DNA from: Macrostomum hystrix
Taxonomy: Eukaryota; Animalia; Platyhelminthes
NCBI GenBank assembly: GCA_950097015.1
Contig: CATNEN010000038.1
Span: 12,462,001-12,526,000, forward strand
Direction: 5' to 3'
Length of the DNA stretch: 64,000 nt
Shown here: positions 13,736 through 25,700 of the stretch, in pieces
How positions within the stretch are numbered: position 1 is the stretch's first letter
Layout of the letters: the number at the start of each line of letters is the position of its first letter
Notes under the pieces: generated by a model
What the model saw: the letters and a program-made list of their open reading frames with translations, nothing else
Database searches by the model: none
Told to the model about the DNA's origin: nothing
Position numbers and translations under genes: made by a program

Positions 13736-16700
13736 TGAGACAGTTAAAGAACTTGGTTTTAGAAAAATATTGTCCCAATATCTCTCCATCCTTTTTTTAT
13801 CATTTATTTTTGAAAGGGTAAACATCAGGTGCTGTAAGGCCATACTACAAGTCAGCCAAAATACAGATAGCAACGGGTTAGGTAGATTGTCTTTAATATA
13901 CAGCATCCAGAAGAGAAGCATATCATACTGGGCCTCGATAACAAGCCGCTCGGACTCCATTATTTTCAAGTTATTAGCAGGCCCAACATACAGGAATCAA
14001 GATAAAAATCAACAATAAAGTTATGCTGAACTGCAGAGGAATTAGTCCTGCAAAGGCAATTAGAAACCACAGGAAAAAAAATTTACTCAGTTCGATACCC
14101 ATTAGAGACAAAGGACACAGAACTCAAGCAGGCTGAGTCACTTCTTTTATTATTTTAATTAATATTTTTACGCCGAAAAATATGTACAAGAAATATGTAA
14201 CCCGGAGTTGAGCCGTACTCTATCCTCGTTTAGACTAGGGAACCATAAGCTAGCTTGCGAAACATCGCGAGCTGCCAGACCTGAATTTACTTATGAGAAT
14301 AGATTTAGTAACAAGTAGCAAAATTGAATTAGTGGAAAACGAGGTCTACCTCTTATTTAAGTGCAGTTGGAATGGGTATAGCACCGCACGATTGAATTTT
14401 GAGAAGAGAATTTCAGGAAATACTCATAATTTCACGTCCCTAACAGCAGAAGAAAAATCTAACACATAATGGCACAAGACGACAGGGAAACCACTAAAGC
14501 ACTAGCAAAGTACATCATAGAAATCTCTAGAACAAGAGAACAGCTGCCCAGGCAACAAACAATTAAATAGTTATCACAAGTTTTGTATTTGATTCCTGTT
14601 GTCCCTTGCGTTTTTACTCTCATTTCTATTTTTAACTCCCAGCGCTTCCCCTAAAAGAAAATAAAATGTTTATTTTTTACAAGATCATCATCATTTACCC
14701 ATCTTATCTTTCTCAAAGTGTAGCTTCCGCATCAAGTTTATATTGAGCTAAAAAGGCGCCTTCACGAAAAGAAATTGTGCTCACTCCATGTTCGATGAAC
14801 CCTGGCCAAATATTCCTGGCACTGTGGCCGGTTGCTTGTGTTGCATTTTGTCGAGCAAAGGCCATCAGAAAGAGCTCTACCGTAGGTTGTGTAATCCACA
14901 GCGCAGAAGCAACTGGCTGCTCAGAGAAGAGCATGGGTTTTAGTTCATAAATATACCGTACTATACTATATACTATATTATTATACTATATACTATATTA
15001 TTATTAGTATTGCTTTTGTCGCGCTATGTGGAACAGTGGACATGCAAAACGGAACGGCCCATGGAATTCTGTGACCAAGCGTTTGAATTCACATGAGAAA
15101 GTAAGCCATAGACAGCTCGAATTGTCATGCTATGTGGAACGATGAGCCAGAATAGAAGTAACCAGGTTAGATTTTATTTGCAGAATGAATAAAGGCAAGC
15201 AGAAGCAGAATTGCATTCAAGTGAATCTTATTATAAGTCTGAAATTGAAGCATCAGTTACAAAATTTGAACCCCTAAAACAGATGTCGCTGCAACCACAA
15301 TCGAAACAATCGATTGCAGCGCAGCTCCCAGCCAGCGCACTTGTCAGCAGTGATTGCTTGACCAACAGCTTCAGTCGCCTCTCGTTCAAGTAGCATGAAT
15401 CTCCACTGCTCAAATAACACTCCTTCTGGTGGAACTTGCTCATCCTCAACTATGCCGGCTTCCGCCAAACGGTTTTTGAGATTTGACTTCAACGCAGAGT
15501 TAGTAAATTCGGTCGGGTTTAGAAATTGTGAATACGGGGGTAGGATTCGTGTCGTAATTCTGTCCCGATGGTTCTCTCGGATCTCCACATTACGATGAAT
15601 ATTTGAGCCATCCATAAAAACTATCCAGTTTCCGGAAGGGTTCAGTTGATGGCAGCGGTCTGCTAGGTGGTCTAAAAATTCTTGAAACCTTTGCTGCGTT
15701 TGACCAAGAAAATGAAAGCGTGTTGTTGTCTATGGCTTACTTTCTCATGTGAATTCAAACGCTCGGCCATAGAATTCAATGGGCCGTTCCGTTTTACATG
15801 TCCACTGTTCCACATAGCGCGACAAAAGCAATAGTGGGTTATGTTATTACAAATTCAGATTCTTACCATTGTTGATGAGAGGGGTAATGATATTGAACGC
15901 CGATACGTTCGATTCTAAAATAGTTTATAAGTAACCTAATTTTAGGAAAGACGATTTTTAATAATTTTATATGAAACTACCTTTATAGCAGATCATTGGA
16001 TATTCTTTGTTCGTGTTGATCGTCAATTGCAGATTGGTGAACTCAAGGTATTCTTCGCTTGTTCCAAACTTGAACCTTTTTACAGCGCCATCGTAACCGC
16101 TGAAGTATGCAACCAGGTCTCCAGTAGCTGAGAAAAATATAATTATGTCATAAATGTGCAGTTTAAAAAAATTTAACTGTAAAAACCTGCTCAAAACTAT
16201 GCTAGTATTAAGCTACCAGAACGTCATAATAATGAGATAAATAATCGATAACACCTGCCCCAATTGATTCAGGTGTACAACCGACACAAAGACGCAGCTA
16301 TTGCGCGGTGCATCTGAAGCCTGCGTACGACTGTTCAGTGCATAGACAGGGGGGTGCCACACCCTACTTAGCTGGGTGAACTGAAGCCATGCAGAATTAA
16401 GTTTATGTTAACAATTTGTTCCATTGAAGTTTCATTTCAAGTCGTGAGTCTGATGAAATTCTGATATCATGGCTACAACACCATATTGAACTTTGGCGTT
16501 CAAACCGATTCAACCCATTAAGTTAAAACAAAGCGTCTTACATGAATTTAGCAGATAAACCCATGGACCGTGTTCAAACTCGTGAAGTATATCTGCAAAT
16601 AAAAACGAAAAATCTAAATACAACTTTGATTCTTGTCAAAAAGATAGCTTTTATCTTTTATCAGAAGATTCTTGACGACGGTTTAACTTCTATCTTATTA

Positions 16701-19700
16701 AATTTCATTATTTAAACTATTTTATTGAGCTTATTCCATCACTTATAAACTGCAACTTACTGAACCAGATTTCAACGGTTGAATCATTGTGCACTAACAC
16801 CGAGCCACCGATTTCCTGACACAAGGCGGCAGCCGCAGGTAACAGCTTAGGTACTGTCTGGGATGTTAGCAAAGTCTGCCCAGTCTTGAAGTTGATGTTC
16901 TTGTGAATTGTCAAGCAACCGCCAATCTCGGCTAAGTAATGCCAGTGCCGCGATCCGCAGTGGGCCAAGTTTTCCAAATCTCTAGCTGGATAAGTCATCG
17001 GGGAGCATCAGTTGAGTTTCCACAAGAAATTTGACTATATAGGTAACCCCAAACTAGATTGTATGAAACTACGGAAACTCAACAAACTTTTTTACAGAAG
17101 CAAAGATCAGAATCAAGTACGATCGAGCGTATATTGCGAGCATTCAAAATCCCACTGGTAGAATTAGGGACGCTTGCACTCGTCATCTGTGCTCAAATTA
17201 TACTGTACATCGGTGACCACCAAAGTAGGAGATGATGTAGGCACATTTGGGTGTCTGCAGGCAAGGCCTTCACACCGGGGCGCAGTGCTTATTCGTATCA
17301 AATACACAAGTGCCAGAACGTTTTGAATATCTCGACGATCTTGATTTTATTGCTTCGGAAGATGCGCGACAAAAATTTGGCGCGTGTTCTTGAGTTTCGT
17401 TTGCTTTGCGCTAATCCGTTCAGGCTCAATCTCCGATCTATAAAAAATCTCCCATAGTGCAAAAGTGGCTTGGTAGCTCTACTTTAAATGTACATGGTTC
17501 GATTCGCTTTCCCAGGTTGCTTGTTACGGAGCTCACATTTAGGGTTGTCGCATCCATCCCCGATTTAGCCTAGATACAAGTATACTGGCTTGCTCCTCAA
17601 GATTGAAGTAAGGCCTCAATTCGGCGCAATTATTGAACTACGCACTTTCACTATGAAACTGTGTGAGTTCACTATGTACATGGCTTAAATGTGAAATACG
17701 ATATCCTCAATAAACTATTAAGCTAATTTAGCTTTCACAGGATCTCCCGCATATCATTGATTGCAAACGTCCTTCAACTCTTAATCATCGAAGTCTTTGT
17801 CTTTTTTAGTCTTGATTGTGGAGTGGAGTTGTGTGTCAATGCCAACAATACGAAGTGTTGCATCCTCTGTAGTGTAGTAGTATTTTACGAAGGCCGTAGT
17901 GAGTATATGCTCGATACCCAAAGTCCGGTTCCTCTTGATTATTTTACTCTCCGTTACACTCACGCGCTTTACACTACTATAAGTAAGCAATGTCAACGTG
18001 GTTTACTGGTGTCGTGAGTATAAATTTGAAATAAGAATCTTTAAAAAAACTCATGCAAACTCAACTTAAATCTTAACTAACATGAGTATGCTCGGGTCTG
18101 CAACATGGCGTAGGGCAGGCCCCAGGAGCGGCACGCATCGACACAGCTTGATTCATTCTGCGCTGCCTCCGGGGAACTGTGCGGCATGATTGTGTCAGTC
18201 GACCTTGGATCCGACTGCAGGTAGTAGCAGCCCAGATAGGAATCGCTGACTGCAATCCGGGTAGGTACGAGACGTAGAATGTAAGTGAAAACTTGATTTA
18301 TTCAAATTCACATTCATTTAAGACGCAGCCGCGAAGAGATGACTTGGGGGCTTGTGCAATTTACGCAGATAAGAGCGGACCCCAAAGGCAAAGTGAGTGT
18401 ACACGGCCAGGCAACGGCAAAGTCAGGGCAGATGCACACACATTTCTGTAACAGAGCTTACGATCAATGTGCGAGTGTGTGTGCAGAAGTCAGCAGAATT
18501 GCTATTCTTGGGCTGCGGGTCTACTGTTACCGAAGGAAGTTATGATAAGGCCCTGTGCAAGTGCAACCACAGCTGTAAGTCTGAAGAACAGCACCAATAA
18601 CATCACCATTGAACTGGCTGTAGGGCTGAGCCAGCGGCTCGAGCTTCAACAGCGAGCTGAATTGCCAGGATGATAAGTAGGTCTGGATCTGCAGGCTGTC
18701 CGTCACCAATGGCCGCTGGAACATCACCGTCTTGGGTGTGAAAAAGGCGCCAACACCGGGATAGCGCTAAAATGAATATTTTGGATTCTGCAAAAATTCC
18801 TTACTTTATTTAGAACAAAGACACTACAGAAACAGGTTATGAGGTTATGATTCTTATAAACTTTGAACACAGATTTCCTTGCAACACTAACTCGTACATG
18901 CGCCCGCAGTAAAGCAGGAAATTTAGCATGGCTTTAAAACGAAAAAAAAACTGAGCACTACAAATATGAACTTTAAGCCATTGACTTACGTCGCTGCCAA
19001 AATTGTACACAGGAGCTGTGTAGACCAGCTCGGCATTGCTGAAGCTGTATTTAAATGTCTTAAAGTTGTCATTCTCTGAAAATTGTTGAAATAGATAAGA
19101 CGATTTACGTAAACAATACTTTGTTGTTTTTTATTTCCTTGCCTAAATTTCAGTCTACATTATATACTCTAGGAGTCTTATTAAAAAGTCCGGAATAAAG
19201 ACTAGTTCAAAATTCAGTCTACTTGAAGTATTGATAGTATTCACATCCCATTTTTATAGACTCTGACAAAATGAACTCGAAGTCGAAAGAAACTCAAGGC
19301 GTACCCTGCATAATATAGCCCGAAACGATTGTCGGCTGAGAAAATCTGAGACGCAAACGAGTCGCTGAGACAATGCTGATATTGGCAGTTGAGCTAAAAA
19401 TTGGCAAAAATTTAAGCAACATTAGTTCATTTTTAGTCCTTAAAAATAGATTAAACTTCAGAAAACAGGTACAAATTTACCTTTCCGAGAAGCAGAGTGC
19501 ATCGTAAAGTTCTCGCGTATCTCTAACTTGCAGCCTATGAGACGCATTGCTCATGAAGAACATACCCTGCAGCTCCCCGCATGATGAAGCTATTCGGAAC
19601 TGAGTTACATCTGAAAATTACAGCAGATAGTGGCTTTTTGTGACAGAAGATGACAAGCAAGACTCAGCGAATGTTGTGACTCTCATCTTCCTACTCAATT

Positions 19701-22700
19701 CTAACGCCGATACCAAGCAACTTACTGGTTCGAAACCAGGACGCGTTTGTAAAGTTCGAGCCACAATTAGAAAACTTGACTTTGGTGCATTGCTGTGAAC
19801 AGCAGCTTCCAATGGAAGCCAATTGAGCAGTTGACAGCAGACTGGCACTGCAGCTGCACTGGCCAGGCAACAGTCCAGCGTACTGGTATCCGCTGGAGCG
19901 GCAGAGCTGCAAGCACTGCTGCGGTATCTGGTAGCTCGACTGGCTTGTAAAGGCCATTGGCACAGCGTCCGGGTGCGCTGCAGCGCAGGCCACAAAGGCT
20001 ACAAGGTTTTGAGAACATACGAGCGTACATTAAACAATTGATGGGGTCTTACCCCGCTGGAACATTTACTATACGCCCCTCTGTACGCCCCACCCGGCGC
20101 CCACCCACCAGTCGCCGGTAAGTGGGCGTATGGTTTGGCCAAGCGCCCCGCCGGTGGCCCGCCGGCGGGGGGGGCGCAGGGTAGGTGGCGGGGGTGGGGG
20201 CGCAGGGTAAATAAAATTCGGCGCATATCCTCAAAGTCTACTGTTAGTAGGCTGTGCAGTATTTTTTGAGCGCAGTAATTGAGCCGCCGGTGAGGGGCGC
20301 AGAGTAAATAAAATTCGGCGCAATTTCCTCACTGTCTACTGTTAGTAGGCTGTGCTGTATTTTTTGAGCGCCGTAAAAAGACTAGCAGCAGGTCCGCTCC
20401 TGCCCCAGCAGCTCCGCTCCTGCCCCAGCAGCTCCGCTCCTGCCCCAGCAGCTCCGCTCCTGCCCCAGCAGCTCCGCTCCTGCCCCAGCAGCTCCGCTCC
20501 TGCCCCAGCAGCTCCGCTCCTGCCCCAGCAGCTCCGCTCCTGCCCCAGCAGCTCCGCTCGCCATGCTGCCCCCTCCCTCCTGACCCTAATAAAACCCTGC
20601 GCCCCATTGGCGGGAGAGCGTATAGCGGGGCGCATAGCAAAATTAACCCGGTGCCCAGCCGGCGGGGGGCGTATAGCGGGGGCGTATAGAAAATCAACCC
20701 TGCGCCCCACTGGCGGGAGGGCGTATAGCGGGGCGCATAGCAAAATTAACCCGGTGCCCAGCCGGCGGGGGGCGTATAGCGGGGGCGTATAGAAAATCAA
20801 GCCTGCGCCCCACTAGTGGGAGGGCGTATAGCGGGGCAATACAGATTTTGAAATGGACACAACCACAGCTATTTAAATTTATTACCAAAAGGCTGTGTAC
20901 AGCTATTCAGTCCGTGGACTGGGGTATGTCCGGACCACACAATTTCTACACCCATTTTTCAGAAGCAATCGTCAATTTACAGTCATGCTCAAAGATCGAA
21001 ATGGTTATCGATTAATTTATGTAGTTAAAACTTCGATTTCACAACACATATCATTGTTGCATTTGCAATGTGGTAAGTTAAGTTCAGATAACTAGTTTTA
21101 GATTGATATGAAAGTAATCTTGCACTCTAGATATTACCCAGCCCCAGTAATGCCAACCTGAGCTCTTGACGCAAACAGGTGCGAATCCGATCTCTGCTGT
21201 ACCAGCAATGACAGAGCCGTTGTTCATGAAGTACCTCGAGTAAATACCCTTAACGTACGCACCCTGGCCCACATTTCCTGGCCTGCCAATATGATATACA
21301 AAGTCGCCAACGGAACTGATCACTGGCGACTGTTCCAGTGCCTCGTCCAGCTTCGTGTAGCCCAAAAGCCAGTTGGAAAATTTGGCGTGATACGGCAGCA
21401 GGGTGGTCAGACTTCGAACAAAATTGTAGTAGTCGCTGCTGGGAAACGTTACTAAAAAGCTGTTGCTGGATGCACAGGTTCTGCTAGCCTCAGATTCGCT
21501 CACTGAACTGTTGAATGTACGATAGCAGGCGTCTCTGAAGCCGTACCAGCCATCAGAACAGGCTGTCTGGTCTAAATCAATGAAGAGGGGGTTTAAAATT
21601 AACTTTAGCTCGCAGTTAAAAAGTAGTTATAATGAATATAACACGCGCATCAAAGCTCACCTGTGAATCCACATTCCATAAAGAAGTAGCTATTGTTGGT
21701 CGAGTTGTAAAGCTTGTACTGACTCTGAAGATGAATATCGTTGGCATAGAGTACAGAACAGTTCTCGGCCGGAGGCAGGTTTTCTAAAAGTGTTTTTTGA
21801 CGAGATTTATTTAAATAAAGTAAACAAGTATGGTATTGACGACAGTAAATACGCAGCCACTAAGCAGCCAAATTCTTGCCATTTCCCTGACCCCAGAGCA
21901 TATTCACACACGCGGATACGAATGCAGTCACACTCACTCACCTGAATACATTCACGTTTTCATTGTCAGACAGTTCTAACAGACCATTGGGGGTTTTACC
22001 CCAAAAGGCTTAGCCACGATTCTTTTTAGGGGATTTGGGGGCCTACTGACGTGAATTGCACTAATAATAGCCACAAGCTTTCTTTCAGTGGCTCCGGCCT
22101 AAATTTACGACGTGTTTGCGAGCTCAGAGTGGGTGACAATATTATCATTTCCCGATTAAACTTTACGAGTACTTACCTGTGCTGTGCACCGAGAAGTACT
22201 GCTCAGGGCGACCGCAGAACTGATCCGGGTTTCCAGGACAGGACGCATTGCAGGAGCGCTGCGGCAAGGTCTCCTGGATCCCGTACTCGGTGGTGGAGAG
22301 GCTGCTCAGGCAGGAGCAGTTCTGCTGCAGCACAGCGGAGTAGGCCAGGCCGGCGGAGAAGCACAGGTAGCGGCACATGGACAGGCTCATGAAGCTGGAC
22401 CGGAATGACACGTTGCTGGGCCTGGTGATCTTCAGACAGCCCGGGTCCCTATCTGTGGTCATGCAGACGTAGCTGGCCACAGGACTGGAATGCTGAACAT
22501 CTCCAGTTTGGTTATAATAGAAGCCATTATAGATGGCGTGGCTTTGTTCTCTTGTATGAGACACAGCGGACAAGTCGACCTGACCGGGTACGCTGATGCT
22601 TGAGAAACTGTCGCCTCGTTTAAACACGAACACCTTGCTGTTGGGAAAGAGCTGGCTGTCGAAGTATATATGGCCGTTCAGCCACATGGGAATTTTCAAC

Positions 22701-25700
22701 TCCTTAGGATCAGTAAAGCCAAGCCACCAGTACGAAGTGTTTGTCAGATGGTACGTGTCTGTAAATTCCAGTCAGTACTATAATGATAACAAAAATGATT
22801 GCAGGGCTGCTGGCAATGGCACATCATTTGGTGACACTAGACCTGCAGCCAGCGAGGAGGCAATTCTGAACATTTCGCTGACTTCTGAGCACACATGCAC
22901 ACAGATAGCTCGTACCATAAGCAGGCTCACATGGGTGTGTACATTTGCCCTGACTTTCTCATCGTCAGGTAGTGCACACTCTCACTGTGCCTTGGAGTTT
23001 GGCCCTCAAGGGCGTCAATTGCATGACAAGCCTCTAAGCGAGAGGCAAACGCAAAAGACCGCTCAAGACCACTCACACCCTGCAGTCAGTGCTAGAAAAT
23101 GCTAATTGAAACTTTGATCTCTGACGAACTATCAAAGCTGCAGTTCACAATGTACTCACTTGACAAAACGGTCTTGAGGAACTGGCGATGCTCTGCAGTG
23201 GCAAAGCTCGCTAGCATTCCACCTGACTGAGCACAAATCTCTTTGGCCGTCCCAAACAGAGCCACTTGGTTGTGAAACGAATAACAGGAACCATTGAATG
23301 CGAAGCTTTGGCTATAGTTGCATTTAGTTGAAGAATTGTCTGAAAGTAGTAAAAGTTCAAAATGTAACATTTTTTAGTACAACAAAAGTTAATAAATGAA
23401 TAATAAAGGTAAATTACGGACCAGCCATGAAACAATAATGCATCGTATTGTTGACTAAGTAGTAGCCAGAGAGGTAAAAGCCTTTCTTGAAGATGTCCAT
23501 GCACGAGGAGCCGAAGACATCTTGCTCTTGGGAATCTGAAATGCAAGAAAATTCGAGGCAGTTTTTAACGTCTTTCTTGCCCGCAACTCGATTTGGCGAG
23601 GCCACATTCACTTGAGGCGCATTCGCGGAAAGAATGCTTGGGGGAATGTTGTGCAATTTTTACTACCATAAGGGCCAACCCCTACGGCACAATGAGAGTG
23701 CACGCTGCCTGACCATCAAGCAGTCAGGGCAGGTATAGCTCGCACATACTCACCTATGTATGTGTGCGTTCAGAATGGGCAGAATGGCCTCCTCACTGGC
23801 TGGGGGTCCACTGTCACCAAATAATGTGCCATTGACCTCAGCCCTCCCCAATAAATTCAATTTGTATACTCGAATACTAATATCTAAGCGTATAAAAAGT
23901 ACAATCAGAGCTCACCAACTCTGTAGACGGACACGATGGCGGAGCTGCCGATCACATTGCTGCTACCACAGGTTTGGTACCGATTTCCGCTGCACGTCAT
24001 TGAGCAGTTAGTGCTTGGCAGAGGCTCAACCAGATTCGTGTCCTGTAGCTGCACCTGACTCAGACAGTAGCAAAAGCTGGGCTTGAGAGCCGCCAGCTCA
24101 AGGCCCCGAGCTAGGCAAGTGGCCAGGCACTGGCGCAGGTGCAATTGACTGTCAGGTACTGGCAGAGGCGATGTACCAAGCAAGGAGTAATACAACTTGA
24201 AGCAGCCGAGCAGAACTGGAAAAAAATATGTTCGGTTTCATGGGAACTGGATAACGTCATTTTCTGAAAAATGAATTGATCAATTATCTATAATATAGAC
24301 GTCAAATTATCTATTAAATTATTACCTGGCTTCAGCGGTTTCTCACAGAAAGCACCAGCTAGACGCTGATCGCATCGCTGCAGTCGATAAGAATTGTAAG
24401 TGGCTTCACCAGTCGAGCTGGTAGCAAACGAGATGTTTTTCGCGTAGCTGTCGCAACTGCTGTCGGTGGCCAAATAGGCTGGCGAACCGCCCGAAGTTGA
24501 TGTAAAAACTTCGAAGCAGTTAACTGTACTAGAAAAGCTTCTAAACTTGATCTGATCAGGTCGAACATTGCACATCACCGGCGCGAATGAGGCAAAGGAG
24601 CCGCTCGGTGTATCGAGCTGGTTGGTGGCCGTTCTGTCAGCCAGGCCAACCCAGAAGCCCCAGCCTTCGTTTGAACGGGCTAGACCGGACCGGTTGTAGC
24701 CGTGGAAGCTTCTGGCAGCTACATACACCGATTCGATAGTAGCCGCGCTCTGTGGCACTGCCAAGGTGGCATTGAAGTGGTTGCAGAACATTCGGGCTTC
24801 ATCGTAGGTGAAAGCCATGGCAGCCAGCAGGTAGCATGTGCTGTTGAGCTGCAACCAGCCTGGCTCGCAGCTGGCATTCTTGGCCAGCCAGAAAGGCTCC
24901 GCTTGATCGCCGGCTCCTGGACAATCTTCCAGGCTAATTTTGTAACCGTAATCGGATGTTAACTCATTGTAGACAGTTGGCACGTGTACAGCAACTTTTG
25001 TAGTGTTCAGCTTCAAAATGTTGGCTTCAGCACAACTGTAGTTTAGGAACCAAAGCTCAGGTCCACTGTTAATGTAAGTCTTTGTCCATACTGCCATGCT
25101 ATAAACTCCCGTGTCGCCACTGAAGCCATACAAAGACTTGGGAAAAGTGAAGGTTGAGTGAATCAACGGGGTGGTAGGAATGCACTTCCAAGTCGTATCA
25201 AGTATAGCGAAATAAGCCTGTTTCGAATCGAAACTTGTACCGTTACATAAATCTGTCTGAGCAACCGATCTAAATAACCGGAAGACTGACACCGTATAGC
25301 TAGACCTGAAATATTAGATTTTGCAGAGAAATTAAAGTCAAGATTTTTTACTTCGATATTTCTGATTTCCTTGTTATAAAAATGAGAAAGACCAGGAGGG
25401 GCATTTAAAATACCCATATTTTTCCCTTTTCCAATATTCAAGCAATTGCCAGCAAAATCCAAAACAAGGGATAAAATTTTCCTTTCTATTCGATGAAATG
25501 ACTTCTAGAGTCACAAAACATCGGAGTCTTCAAGATATTCAACGATTCTCGTCGCGGTTTCTGGTGGCAAAAACCACTAACCACGGACGGCTTTGAAAGC
25601 TAGTTCGTCGTGAAGGGTGGAAAACCGTTCATTCGGTTTGAGAGCTTTCGTTAAGTAGGCAGTGGATATTTGAAATAGCTCTGTGGTCTTTCTACTGTTA

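Noticed and set aside
13200-13740. Plus-strand ORFs overlapping host exons (here and throughout the window)
   Set aside because: Antisense shadows of the minus-strand coding exons with no motifs of their own.
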